Positions 7,764 to 18,231 of a stretch of DNA of 64,000 nt are shown in pieces; within the stretch, counting starts at the first letter, position 1, and each line of letters opens with the position of its first letter. Source of the stretch: an uncultured Chloroflexia bacterium. Its GTDB lineage: Bacteria > Chloroflexota > Anaerolineae > Anaerolineales > E44-bin32. Under the pieces are notes generated by a model. The model did not search any database. It was not told the DNA's origin and saw nothing but the letters and a program-made list of their open reading frames with translations. The stretch is taken from the NCBI GenBank assembly GCA_963818575.1, contig CAWFSV010000024.1, positions 65,319 to 129,318 of the forward strand, read 5' to 3'. The position numbers and the translations under genes are program-made.

Positions 7764-9843
7764 GATCGAGGTCGAGAACTTCCTGGCCTATCGCTCGCCG
7801 GGCACGCTGCGGCTGGAGGGCATCCATATCGCCTGCCTGTCCGGCCCGAACGGAGCCGGCAAGTCGTCACTGCTGGACGCCATTACCTGGGCGCTGTGGG
7901 GGAAGGCGCGCAGCAACTCGCCGGATGAACTGGTGCATCAGGGCGCACGCAACATGCAGGTGCGCCTGGCCTTCGAGCAGGCCGGTGGGCGCTACCAGGT
8001 CATCCGACAGCGCAAGGCCGGCAAGCAGGGTGTCTCCGGCTTGTCGTTCCACGTCTGGGACGCGGACGGGGAGGCGTGGCGCGACCTTTCGGCGGCGCGC
8101 CTGGTCGACACCCAGAAGAAGATCGAGGCGCTTCTGCGCCTGGACTACGACACCTTCATCAACTCCGCTTTCCTGATGCAGGGGCGGGCGGATGAGTTCA
8201 CCACCAAGACCCCCGCGCAGCGCAAGCAGGTGCTGGCCACGATTCTCGGCCTGTCGAAGTGGGACGTGTATGAGGCTCGGGCCAAGGATCGGATCGGCGT
8301 TACGCGGGCCGAGATGCACCGGACGGAAGGGCGGCTGGAGGAAATCGATCGCGAGCTGGCGAGGCGGGAGGAACATCAAGGGGCCCTGCAGACGGCGGAG
8401 GCTGAGGCACAGGTCGCGACCGAGCGCCTGGCGGAGGCCGAGTCGCAGTGGGCCAGCATCCAACAAGTCCGACAGGACCTGGTGACCCTCCAGCGACAGA
8501 TCGACGACCGGACGCGTCGGATCACCGCCACCGAGCGCGAGGTGGCCGAGGCGGAGCGCGAACGATCGGCCGTCGGGGCACGTGCCGACCGGGCGGCGCT
8601 GCAAGCGGCGCTCGATGCGGTGCGGGCTGAGCTGGTCGGGTTCGACACGCTGCAGGCGCAGAAAGAGATGGTCGTCGGGCAGCAGCGGGAGGCGGGCCAG
8701 GAGGCGGCCAGGCTGCGGGGCGTGAACGAGCTGCTCGGCCCGCAGACGGAACCGCTCAAGGCTCGCGCCGTGACGCTCGAATCATCGAGCGAGCCGGTGT
8801 GCCCGACTTGCGGCCAGGCCCTGACCGACGATCATCGCCATCGCCTGCTGGAGGAACTGCAGGTCGAGATTGAAGGGCGGCGGGAGGCATACCGGCTCAA
8901 CCAGCTTCGGCTGCGCGAGCTGGAGGCGCAGGTCAAGTCGCTGGAGGCGGATCACCAGGCACTGGAGAAAGCCCTGAGCCAGCGCCCGGAGCGCGCCCGC
9001 CGTGTCGGCGAGCTGCAGGCATTCCTGGATCATGCCGGCGAGGCCGAACGGCAAGCAGCCGTACTGGCGGAGCGGATCGCGCGCTGGCAGACGGAGCTCA
9101 GCGCGGAGCGGGTGGAGCGCGCCGGCCTGGAAGCGCAGGTGGAGAAGAGCGAGACGCAGCTGCGGGCCGCCTCGCTTACGCCGGAAGCCGTCGAGCGGCT
9201 GCGACTGCAGAAACGGATGGGCGACGAGCGCGTCGGCGGGGCACGCCAACAACTCGCCGCCCTGGAGGCCTTCGAGCGCCAACGGGCCGAGCGGCGGGCC
9301 GACCTGGAGCGTCTGGCTCACGACCTTGGGTTGGACGAGGAGCTGCGCGAGGCCTTCGGGAAGCGCGGCGTGCCGGCCATGATCATCGAGACCGCCGTGC
9401 CCGAGCTCGAGGCGTCGGCCAACGAACTCCTCAACCGCATGACCGACGGGCGGATGCACGTGCGCATCGAGACGCAGAAGGAGATCAAGACCGGCGAGGT
9501 GCGCGAGGCGTTGGATATCCTGATCTCGGACGAGCTCGGCACCCGCGCCTACGAGCTGTACTCGGGAGGCGAGGCCTTCCGGGTGAACTTCGCCATCCGC
9601 ATTGCACTGTCGCGGCTGCTGGCGCGACGCGCCGGGGCCCAATTGCGCAGCCTCTTTATCGACGAGGGCTTTGGCACGCAGGACGCTCGGGGCCGGGAAC
9701 ACCTGGTGGCGGCGATCAACAGCATCCAGGACGATTTCGATCGGATCCTGGTGATCACACACATCGACGAGCTGCGCGACGCCTTCCCGGCGCGTATCGA
9801 AATCACCAAGACCCCGCAAGGCTCGATCTTCCGCCTAAGCTGA
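7750..9843 (+). CDS. sbcC: Exonuclease SbcC / Rad50-like ATPase (short, ~697 aa)
   Basis: GTG 7750 overlaps the sbcD end. Walker A LSGPNGAGKSSLLDAI, a long coiled coil with a zinc hook CPTCGQ, signature YSGGEAFRVNFAIRIAL, and Walker B LFIDEGFG. Confidence 0.88.
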   Translation: MIPTEIEVENFLAYRSPGTLRLEGIHIACLSGPNGAGKSSLLDAITWALWGKARSNSPDELVHQGARNMQVRLAFEQAGGRYQVIRQRKAGKQGVSGLSFHVWDADGEAWRDLSAARLVDTQKKIEALLRLDYDTFINSAFLMQGRADEFTTKTPAQRKQVLATILGLSKWDVYEARAKDRIGVTRAEMHRTEGRLEEIDRELARREEHQGALQTAEAEAQVATERLAEAESQWASIQQVRQDLVTLQRQIDDRTRRITATEREVAEAERERSAVGARADRAALQAALDAVRAELVGFDTLQAQKEMVVGQQREAGQEAARLRGVNELLGPQTEPLKARAVTLESSSEPVCPTCGQALTDDHRHRLLEELQVEIEGRREAYRLNQLRLRELEAQVKSLEADHQALEKALSQRPERARRVGELQAFLDHAGEAERQAAVLAERIARWQTELSAERVERAGLEAQVEKSETQLRAASLTPEAVERLRLQKRMGDERVGGARQQLAALEAFERQRAERRADLERLAHDLGLDEELREAFGKRGVPAMIIETAVPELEASANELLNRMTDGRMHVRIETQKEIKTGEVREALDILISDELGTRAYELYSGGEAFRVNFAIRIALSRLLARRAGAQLRSLFIDEGFGTQDARGREHLVAAINSIQDDFDRILVITHIDELRDAFPARIEITKTPQGSIFRLS

Positions 9844-10044
9844 GACTTCTACCGTCGCGAACGGGCGCTCGCCTCGCGGCCTGCGCTGGATCGAACACGC
9901 ACCTACACCGACAGCGGATAGCACCCCGTGGCGATGATGGATGCCCTGCGCGCGCGATTCCCATGTGCTTCCGGCATGCAGAGTCCTGAAGATGCCCGGA
10001 TACCTTCGAATCCCCACCGCCTTTCCATGAGCCGTTGGCCCCGC

Positions 10045-10110
10045 GTAGGGGCGAAGCATGCCCACGCGCGATCGCCATGTCGGTCCATGTCGGGCATGCT
10101 TCGCCCCTAC
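10045..10110. repeat. REP-like element: perfect 19-bp inverted repeat GTAGGGGCGAAGCATGCCC / GGGCATGCTTCGCCCCTAC with a 28-nt spacer
   Basis: Read directly: arms at 10045..10063 and 10092..10110, in the convergent sbcC / histidine-kinase junction. Confidence 0.8.
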
Positions 10111-13100
10111 AAGGCCCGGCATGGTCTCGTCGCCCATGAATCCCGGTCGGCCATTTCTCGCGCAGGCAGGGGCACGGCATGCCGTGCCCCGTCCGGGAGA
10201 TCGAGCGCCGCTTGCGGGGCGGTTAGGGCGGAAGCCGCCGGACGGGCGGCGCTTGGAATCCAGACGCTGAAGGTCGCACCGTGCCCGGCGACCCCGTCGC
10301 TCTCGAGGGAAATCCGTCCGCCGTGCAGCTCGGCGATCTCCTTGCAGATCGCCAGGCCCAGCCCGGTCCCCGCCGCGCCGGTGCGGTGGCTGGCACGCCC
10401 GCGGAAGAAGCGGCGGAACAGCAAGGGCTGCTCTTCGGGAGGGATGCCGGGGCCGGTGTCGCTGACCTCGCCGACGATCCATTCGCCTTGCGCCGTGGAT
10501 CGGCGGCGTGTCGACAGCGTGATCCGGCCGCCGTCCGGCGTGTAGTTCATGGCGTTGGTCAGCAGATTGGTGAAGACCTGGGCAAGCAGGCGATGGTCGG
10601 CGAGCGCCGGAGGCAGATCGGGCTCGCACTGCAGATCGAGCAACAGGCCGCGCTTGGCGGCCAGCGTGCGCCGGTCCTGTACCAGCGCGGCCAGAAGTTG
10701 GCTGAGGTCGACCGGTGCGACGTTCAGGGGGGTGGCCTTGGCTTCCAGGCGCGAGAGCGAGAGCAGGTCGTCGATCAGGTGCGCCAGGCGCTCGCTCTCC
10801 CGGGTCAGCGTGTCCAGGTAGGTCGTCGTCTTGGCGCGGTCGCTGGTCTCCCGCAGCAGGTCGAGGTACAGGCGGATGTTCGTCAACGGCGTGCGCAACT
10901 CATGCGAGACGTCCGAGACGAACTGCGACTTGAGGCGGTCGAGTTCCTTGTGGGCGCTGATATCGTATTGCACGCCCACGTAGTTGATCACCTCGCCCTG
11001 GTCGGAGATCACGGGGGTGATGGTCACGGCCGCATCGTAGGTGCTGCCATCCTTGCGTCGGTTGATCAGCTCGCCGCGCCAGGTGCGCCCCTCCCGAATG
11101 GTCTCGGCGATCTCGCGGTAGTGCTCGGGCGGATGGCGGCGGCTTTGAACCACGCCCACCGGCTGGCCGATCGCCTCGCCGGGCTGGAAGCCATGCAGCC
11201 GTTCCCAGGCCGGATTGACGTACTCGATGGTCAGGTCGAGGCGCGAGACCAGGACGGCGTCGCCGATGTTGGCCAGGATCGCCCGCAGCCGGTCGCGCTC
11301 CGCCTGCAGCGCGGCCTCGAGCGATTTTCGGTCGGAGACGTCGAACACCAGGCCCATGATGCCCTGCGGCTTGTTCTCGGCGTCGGGGATGATGCTGGTC
11401 GCCGCCAACGCATACAACGTGCGCCCGTCGGGCCGGACGTATTCGAGCTCGGTCACTTCGTGCAGCGGCAGCTCGCCCCGCAATCGGGCGAGGAAGCGCT
11501 CGCGGATCACCTGGCGCTGGTCCTCGGGGAACATGTCGACCAGGACGCTCCCGATCAGGCGATCGGCCGGGAGTCCGATCTGGTCGAGGAACGCCTGGTT
11601 GGCATACAGCACGCGGCCGCGCAGGTCGCACTGGAAGATCCCCGCCACCGACGTCTCGACCAGCGAGCGGTAGCGCGCCTCCGATTCGGCCAACTGGCGC
11701 GTGCGGCGGGTGACCTCCGACTCGAGGGTGTGGGCCTGGGAGGCGATCTGGCCGTACAGGTCGGCGTTCTCGATGGCAATGGCCGCGTGCGCACCCAGGG
11801 CCGAGAGGAGATTGATGTCGTCTTCGGTGTAGGGCACATCCTGGCTGAAGCGCAGGACGGTCATCACCCCGATGGTCCGCTGGCGGATCAGGAGCGGCAC
11901 CAGGGCCAGCACCTCGGGCTCATCCTCGGGGGTCCCGGGGATGTGGACGGCCATCGGGAACAGGCCGGGATCGTTGACCAGGATGGGTTTGCCGGTCTTG
12001 AACACGGTACCGGTGAGGCCGACGCCGGGGGTGAACTGCACGGCCATCAACTGCGTCGGAATCGGGATGCAGGGCGACGACGCAGCGCAGCACGCCCAGA
12101 TGGGGGTCGAACAAATGGATGCGCGAGCCCATCGGACTTGAGCAGCGCCTTGGCCTGCTCGGCGATCAGGTTGAGGACGGTCTGGAGTTCGAGCGACGAG
12201 GAGATCGAGCGCGCCGTCTGGATCAGGGCCTGTGACTCCTCGGCCCGATGCGTGGCCTGTGTGTACAGGCGGGCGTTTTCGATGGCAATGGCGGCGTGGG
12301 CGGCGAAGGCCGAGAGCAGGTGGACGTCATCCGGCGTGTAGGGCACATCCTGGCTGAAGCGCAGGACGGTCATCACGCCGATCGACTGCTCGCGGAAGAG
12401 CAGGGGGACGAGGGCCAGGACCTCGGGTTCGTCCTCCGGGGTTCCGGGGACGTGCACGGCGTTCGGGAACTCGTGCGGGTTGTTGACGATGGTGGGCGTG
12501 CCGGACTGGAACACGGCGCCGGTCAACCCCGTGCCCGGTGCGACCTGGACGGCCATGACCGCCTCGGCATCCGGGTGCAGGGCGACGACGCAGTGCAGCA
12601 GGCCCTTGGCGGAGTCGAACAGATGGATGCGCGAGCCATCGGACTTGAGCAGCGCCTTGGCCTGCTCGGCGATCAGGTTCAGCGTGGTCTGGAGCTCGAG
12701 CGACGAGGAGATCGAGCGGGCGGTTTGGATCAGCGCCTGCGATTCCTCGGCGCGCTGCGTGGCCTGCATGTACAACCTGGCGTTCTCGATGCCGATGGCT
12801 GCCAGGCGGGCGATGGTCGTCACCGTCTCCACCTGGTCGCGAGTGAAGGCGACCTGCGGCCGTTTGGCGAACAACACCATCGCGCCGCTGGCGCGTTCGC
12901 CGATCAGGATCGGCACGCCGATCAAAGCGCGCAGGCCGGCCTTCACCCAGGCCGGGGCGGCCTCCGGGTAGGAGCTGTAGTCCGGAAGGAGCACGGGCTG
13001 CGCCGTGCGGATGACTTTCCAGGCCACCGGCTCGGGGCTGGCGGACGACAGATCGGGCGGGACCGGCGGGAGGCCAAACGTGCACGGATACTCCAGACGG

Positions 13101-13837
13101 CGCAGGCCGGAATCGACGATCGCCACCGCGCCGGCATCGGCGTCGATCGCCTCCGCCGCCAGGTGCAGCACACGCTCGAGGACACTCGGAAGGTCGAGGG
13201 CACTGGTGACGGCTTCGACCACCTGGTGACGGAGCTGTTCGCGTTCCAGGGCCCGGTGCAAGTTCTCTTGCGTCCTGGCGTTGCCGATGGAGATGGCGAT
13301 GTGGTCGGCCAGGGCATTCATCATCGGCACGTCAAGCGGCGTGAGCCAGCGGGCGGAGACGTTGATGGCGCCGATGGGCTTGCCGCTCAGAATCAGCGGC
13401 GAGACGATGACCGGGTCGCTGCCGAGCAGGCGCACGATGCGCGGCAGCAGATGCTTCAGGATCCCGGGCGTCATCTGGCGGACGGTCTCGGTGCGGTCGG
13501 GTGCGTAGGCCGCTTCGCCGGTGGTGAGGGCCTGGCGGTACAGGTCGACCTGCTGAGGATCGAAGCTGAAGCCTTCGATGGCTCTGCCGGAGAGGCGCTG
13601 CAAGGCGTGCTCGGCCGATTGGCTGATGGAGCGGGTGCGGATCTCGAGCCTGCCGTCGGGACGGAGCAGGCTGACGCCGCCGCGCAGCCTCAGCCGGCGC
13701 AGTTCCTCCGTGACCGAGCGCAGGACATCCTGCTCGCTGAAGGCGGCCTGGCGCGCCACGCCGGCGGCGGCACGAAGGGCGGAGGCCCAGATGTTCTCGC
13801 GATCGTCGAGCACGGACGTGCTGGATCGTTCGTCCAC
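10107..13837 (-). CDS. Multi-GAF / PAS sensor histidine kinase (~1240 aa); two frame breaks (~12129, ~12050)
   Basis: ORFs 12047..14053, 11920..12132 and 10107..12050 join into one protein. It has several GAF domains, two PAS domains, HisKA (FVSDVSHELRTPLTNI) and HATPase (DTGPGI...GTGLGLAICKEI). Start set at GTG 13837 (GGAGGGG RBS), just after the upstream gene stop. The break at 12128-12130 is ccc versus cc in the sister repeat. Confidence 0.8.
10169..10190. repeat. Perfect 22-bp palindrome GGGGCACGGCATGCCGTGCCCC
   Basis: Read directly. It lies in the 3' tail of the kinase ORF. Confidence 0.8.
11768..12787 (-). repeat. Tandem ~510-bp duplication encoding two near-identical GAF modules inside the kinase gene
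   Basis: Long identical strings recur with a ~510-nt period, for example ggcacatcctggctgaagcgcaggacggtcatcac and gcgcgagcc(c)atcggacttgagcagcgccttggcctgctcggcgatcaggtt. Confidence 0.8.
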
Positions 13838-13890
13838 CGGTGGGATTCCCCTCCGCGGCCTGGGCCCGCGCCGGCAAAGTCTAGCATGGA

Positions 13891-14920
13891 TCAAGGCGGG
13901 GCCGCCTCTCCGGCCGGCGCGGGCAGGGCGCCAATGCGCACGAGCCAGGCGTAGGTCTCCTGCGCCGCCTGGCGGTACGACCTGGCGGGAGGCAGGCCGA
14001 GCTCGATCTGGGACTTGCGCGTGTCGTAGAAGAAGTAGTAACCGGCAAGCCACAGCAGGCTGGGTTCGATCGGGAGCCTCAGGATCGCTCGCGCCGGGTG
14101 CAGCAGCCGCCGGAGCACGGGAACCGCACGGAGCGGAATTCGCAGCCGGGGAGGCCGGCGTTCGACGACCTGCGACGTGATTCGAAACAGGTCGGGCAGC
14201 GTCAGGTTCTCCCCGCCGAGGATGTAGCGTTCGCCGGTGCGACCGCGATCGACGGCGGCCAGGTGTCCGGCGATGACGTCGTCGATGTGCACGGCGTTGA
14301 GGCCGCCGGCAATCAACGGTGTCAGCGACCCCCGGCCGAGGTGCGCAACCAGGCTCTTCGAGGTGCGGTACCAGTCGCCGGCGCCGAACACGGCCGACGG
14401 GTTGACGATGACCGCCTGCAGGCCGTCCTCCACCGCCCGCTGGACCTCAAGTTCGGAGCTGTGTTTGGCGAATGCATACGGCCAACGCTCGGGCAGGTAG
14501 TTCCACACATGACGCTCGTCAAGCAGCGGGGCATTCCTGGCCGAGGAAGACGGCGGGACATCCGGGACGCCGAGTGCCGCGACCGACGAGGTGTGGATCA
14601 GCCGACGGACCCCGGCGCGGCGTGCGGCCTGCAAGACGTGGCGTGTACCCAGAACGTGGGCCTCGATGGCCGTCCGGCCGTCGGCCTCCGGCCGCATCGG
14701 CGCGGCGGTATGAAAGACCACCTCGACACCGTCGAAGGCATCCGGCCAGGGACTCGGGGTCGAGCATGTCGCCGACGACGCGCTGGACGGGCAAACCTTC
14801 GAGCCCGGCGAGGAGCGAGGTCGGCCGGTGCAGCGCGATCACCTCGTGATCCTGGGCGCACAATGCGCGGCACAGGCACGAGCCGATGAAGCCTGAGGCG
14901 CCGGTGACAAGGATGCGCAT
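13891..14920 (-). CDS. HpnA-like NAD-dependent epimerase/dehydratase-family reductase; one frame break near 14745
   Basis: Fragments 14519..14920 ([14 protein letters not shown]...) and 13891..14721 (VVFHTAAPM...YAFAKHSSE...[13 protein letters not shown]...). Confidence 0.8.
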
Positions 14921-14952
14921 GGGTCAGCGCTGGAGAGGGACGCGCGCCGGGG

Positions 14953-16179
14953 TCAGGCGCCGATCCACTCGACGATCGTCGCCTCGCCCTGACCGACGCC
15001 GACGCACAGCGCGGCCAGCCCGAAGTACGGGCGCGCCTTCGCCTGGGAGCGCGGCGGCGCATCTCGTGCAGCAGCGTGGTCAGGATGCGCGCCCCGGAAC
15101 AGCCCAGCGGATGGCCGAGGGCGATGGCGCCGCCGTTGACGTTGGTGATCTCCGGGGACAGGCCGAGGTCCTGCAGGACGGCCAGCGACTGGACGGCGAA
15201 GGCTTCGTTCAGCTCGACCAGGCGGATGGCCTGCGGCTCGAGGCCGGCGCGCTGCAGCGCCTTGCGCGTGGCGGGCACCGGACCGAGGCCCATCAGGCGC
15301 GGCTCGACGCCGGCGGCGGCCGAGGCGACGACGCGCGCCCAGGGCGTGAGCCCCAGGTCGGCGGCCTTGCGGTCGCTCATCAACACCAGCGCCGCCGCCC
15401 CGTCGTTGAGTCCGGAGGAATTCCCGGCGGTCACCGATCCGCCGTCGCGGAAGGCGGGCTTGAGGCGGGCGAGCGATTCGATCGTCGTGTCGCGCCGCGG
15501 CCGCTCGTCGGTCGTCACCAACACGGGATCGCCTTTGCGTTGAGGGATCGGCACCGGGACGATCTCCTCGGCGAAGCGGCCGGAATCGATGGCCGCCACG
15601 GCGCGGCGGTGGCTCTCGGCGGCGAAGGCGTCCTGGTCCTGACGCGTGATCGACGGCCGCTGGGCGAAGATGTTCTCCGCCGTCTCGCCCATCGAATCGA
15701 TCCCGTACTGGGCTTCGATGCGCGGGTTCGGGTAGCGCCAGCCGAGCGTCGTATCCCAGGCGGTCAGGTTGCCCCAGGCGAAAGGCTTTGTCGGCCTTGG
15801 GCACCGAGTACGGGGCGCGCGACATGCTCTCGACGCCGCCGGCGATGTAGACCTCGCCCTCGCCGGCCTTGATTGCCCGAGCGGCGGCATTGACCGCCTG
15901 CAGCCCGGAGGCGCACAACCGGTTGAAGGTCACGCCGGCGACGTGCACCGGGAACCCGGCCAGCAGCACCGCCATGCGCGCCACGTTGCGATTGTCCTCG
16001 CCCGCCTGGTTGGCGCAGCCCAGGTACACCTCTTCGACTTCCCCCGGATCGACCCCGGCGCGGCGCGCCGCTTCGGCGATCACCAGCGCCGCCAGATCGT
16101 CCGGCCGGACCGCGGCCAGCGCACCGCCATGGGCGCCGATCGGCGTGCGGACGGCGGAGACGATCACGGCTTCAGGCAT
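14953..16179 (-). CDS. Acetyl-CoA C-acetyltransferase (thiolase); two frame breaks (~15785, ~15055)
   Basis: ATG 16179 (GGAGG RBS). [15 protein letters not shown]...[11 protein letters not shown] in frame 1; the middle ([10 protein letters not shown]...[18 protein letters not shown]...NEAFA...[20 protein letters not shown]) is in the ORF 14598..15890 frame; the end [18 protein letters not shown] returns to frame 1. Confidence 0.85.
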   Translation of the reverse strand: MPEAVIVSAVRTPIGAHGGALAAVRPDDLAALVIAEAARRAGVDPGEVEEVYLGCANQAGEDNRNVARMAVLLAGFPVHVAGVTFNRLCASGLQAVNAAARAIKAGEGEVYIAGGVESMSRAPYSVPKADKAFRLGQPDRLGYDARLALPEPAHRSPVRDRFDGRDGGEHLRPAAVDHASGPGRLRRREPPPRRGGHRFRPLRRGDRPGADPSTQRRSRVGDDRRAAAARHDDRIARPPQARLPRRRIGDRREFLRTQRRGGGAGVDERPQGRRPGAHALGARRRLGRRRRRAAPDGPRSGARHAQGAAARRPRAAGHPPGRAERSLRRPVAGRPAGPRPVPGDHQRQRRRHRPRPSAGLFRGAHPDHAAARDAPPRSQAKARPYFGLAALCVGVGQGEATIVEWIGA

Positions 16180-16357
16180 GCTGACCTCCGGGGTGGGTGC
16201 GAGCGGATTGTAGCATCGGGCCGGTGAGCGTCCGGCCGGACCTGACGCCATCGGAGTTGCCACAAACGAGGGGGGCGATTCGATCCAGCACCGGGCGTTC
16301 GACAACGTCTCAGCCCACCCAGTCCCGCTGAGGGGGATTACGCCTTCTGGTTCCCCC

Positions 16358-16386
16358 TTGACATCGCCGGAATAGGAGTATAGAAT
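16358..16386 (+). promoter_or_regulatory. Sigma-70-type promoter: TTGACA, 17 nt, TAGAAT
   Basis: Read directly: -35 at 16358..16363 and -10 at 16381..16386, in an AT-rich patch ~40 nt upstream of ATG 16424. Confidence 0.6.
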
Positions 16387-16412
16387 ACTCTGTAGTAACA
16401 GAGTACTCTATA
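16379..16412. promoter_or_regulatory. Operator candidate: 15-bp-arm inverted repeat TATAGAATACTCTGT-AGTA-ACAGAGTACTCTATA (14/15 match)
   Basis: It overlaps the -10 box and predicted transcription start and abuts the AAGGAG RBS (16413..16418). The operon encodes a wHTH regulator two genes downstream. Confidence 0.6.
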
Positions 16413-16423
16413 AGGAGTCCCCC

Positions 16424-16993
16424 ATGGACATCTCCCCCAGCGAGGCGGAAGAGAATCTGGCGGCCATCCAGGCCGTGATGCAGAAGACCCGCCACTCGAT
16501 CGCCAGCAGCGGCACCTACGTCACCCTGATCGTCACCGGCATCGTCTGGCTGGTCGGCTTCGTGTCCACCCAGTTCCTGCCCGGAGAGATCGTCGGATAT
16601 GTCTGGACCGGGCTGAGCATCTTCGGCACCATCCTGGGCACCGTCTGGGGCTTCCGGATGGGCAGGCGCGTCCGCAGCCCGTCGATGGCTGACATGGCTA
16701 AGCGGGCCGGCCTTTACTGGCTGTTCCTGGTCTTCTTCTGCATCGTCACGATTGCGGTCGCCTGGCCGCTGGACGGGAAACAGGTGACCGTGCTCATCGT
16801 CCTGTTTGCCATGATCGGCCATCTGGCCATGGGCCTGCTGCTCTCCTTCGCCGCCGTCTGGTGGCCGCTGCCGATCACCGCCCTGGTGTTGATCAGCTAC
16901 TTCCTGTTGCCGGATCTGTTCTACTTGTGGATGGGCATCCTGGGTGGCGGCGGGATGATCGCCCTGGGCTTGTACATCCGCCATAGGTGGTGA
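16424..16993 (+). CDS. Hypothetical polytopic membrane protein (189 aa)
   Basis: Intact ORF with a strong RBS and ~5 hydrophobic helices. No family recognised. Confidence 0.6.
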   Translation: MDISPSEAEENLAAIQAVMQKTRHSIASSGTYVTLIVTGIVWLVGFVSTQFLPGEIVGYVWTGLSIFGTILGTVWGFRMGRRVRSPSMADMAKRAGLYWLFLVFFCIVTIAVAWPLDGKQVTVLIVLFAMIGHLAMGLLLSFAAVWWPLPITALVLISYFLLPDLFYLWMGILGGGGMIALGLYIRHRW

Positions 16994-16996
16994 GCC

Positions 16997-17291
16997 ATGA
17001 CCAACCTGAACGAGACCATCCATCAGCCGGTGCGCCTGCGGATCATGGCCGCCCTGGTCACCCTGGAGGCGGGCAACGAAGTGGACTTCTCCTACCTGCG
17101 CGACCTGCTGCGAGGTCACCGACGGCAACCTGGGCGCCCACCTGCGCAAACTGGAAGACGCCGGCTACATCGCCGTCAACAAGACCTTCGTCGACCGCAA
17201 ACCGCGCACCTTCGTCGCCGCCACCGTCGCGGGACGCCAGGTCTTCCAGGAGCACGTGGCGGCATTGAAATCGATCTTGAAAGGCAAGTGA
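16997..17291 (+). CDS. Winged-helix (HTH_34/ArsR-like) transcriptional regulator; one frame break near 17112
   Basis: MTNLNETIHQPVRLRIMAALVTLEAGNEVDFSYLRDLL, then (own translation, +1) EVTDGNLGAHLRKLEDAGYIAVNKTFVDRKPRTFVAATVAGRQVFQEHVAALKSILKGK, with the stop at 17289. Confidence 0.7.
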
Positions 17292-17299
17292 GGCTCGAG

Positions 17300-18224
17300 A
17301 TGGACACCATCGTGCAAGTGGAAGGACTGCGCAAGGTCTACGGCGCGACCGTCGCCGTGGAGGATGTGTCCTTCGAGGTCCGCGAAGGCGAGATCTTCGG
17401 GATGGTCGGCCCGAACGGTGCCGGCAAGACCACCACCATCGAATGCCTGGAGGGCCTGCGCAAACCGGACCAGGGGATGGTCCGCGTTCTGGGCATGGAT
17501 CCTCAGCGCGACGGCCAGATCCTGCGGGAGCGCACCGGAATACAGTTGCAGCAGTCCAACCTGCCGGAGCGCATGCGCGTCTGGGAGGCGCTGGACCTGT
17601 ATGCCTCGTTCTACCCCAAAGCGGCCGACTGGAAGGTGCTGCTCGCCCAACTGGGGCTGGAGGAGAAACGCAATGCCCCCTTCGCCAAGCTGTCCGGCGG
17701 GCAGAAGCAGCGCCTGTTCATCGCCCTGGCGCTCCTTCCGGATCCACAGCTGGTCTTCCTGGACGAGCTGACCACCGGTCTCGATCCCCAGGCGCGGCAC
17801 GCCATCTGGGACCTGGTGCGCGATGTGCGCGCCAAGGGCAAGACGGTCCTTCTGACCACCCACTTCATGGAAGAAGCCGAGCGCCTGTGCGACCGGGTAG
17901 CCATCCTCGACCACGGCCGCATCGTCGCGCTCGACACGCCGGCCGCCCTGATCCGCGCCCTGGGGGCGGAAGAACGTGTCGTCTTCAGCCTGGACGGGAC
18001 GCTGCCGGCCGGCTTCGAAGACAGCCCTTCCGGGCGCCGTCCGGCTCGAGGTCCAGGGAGAACAGGTGACCATCCACGGAACGAACGGCGTCCAGGGTTC
18101 GCTGGTGAGCGAGGTGGTCAGCCTGCTGACGAAACAGGGGGTCCCGTTCCGCGATCTGCGCACCGAGCAGCCGAGCCTGGAGGATGTCTTCCTGAACCTG
18201 ACCGGCCGTCAGATCAGAGAGTGA
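17300..18224 (+). CDS. ABC transporter ATP-binding protein (ABC-2/DrrA-like), copy 1; one frame break near 18028
   Basis: GPNGAGKTTT, LSGGQKQRL, LVFLDELTTGLD in ORF 16997..18235. The C-terminus is in ORF 17976..18224 (RDLRTEQPSLEDVFLNLTG). Confidence 0.85.
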
Positions 18225-18231
18225 GGCGGAG

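Noticed and set aside
9990-10030. tRNA-like TTCGAATCC string
   Set aside because: The flanking bases do not form a T-arm stem, and no acceptor or anticodon arms can be drawn. I found no tRNA or rRNA anywhere in the window.
10281-13954. Long plus-strand ORFs (10281..12341, 12248..13954) opposite the histidine kinase
   Set aside because: Same antisense artefact. They have no motifs and overlap a well-supported minus-strand multi-domain kinase.
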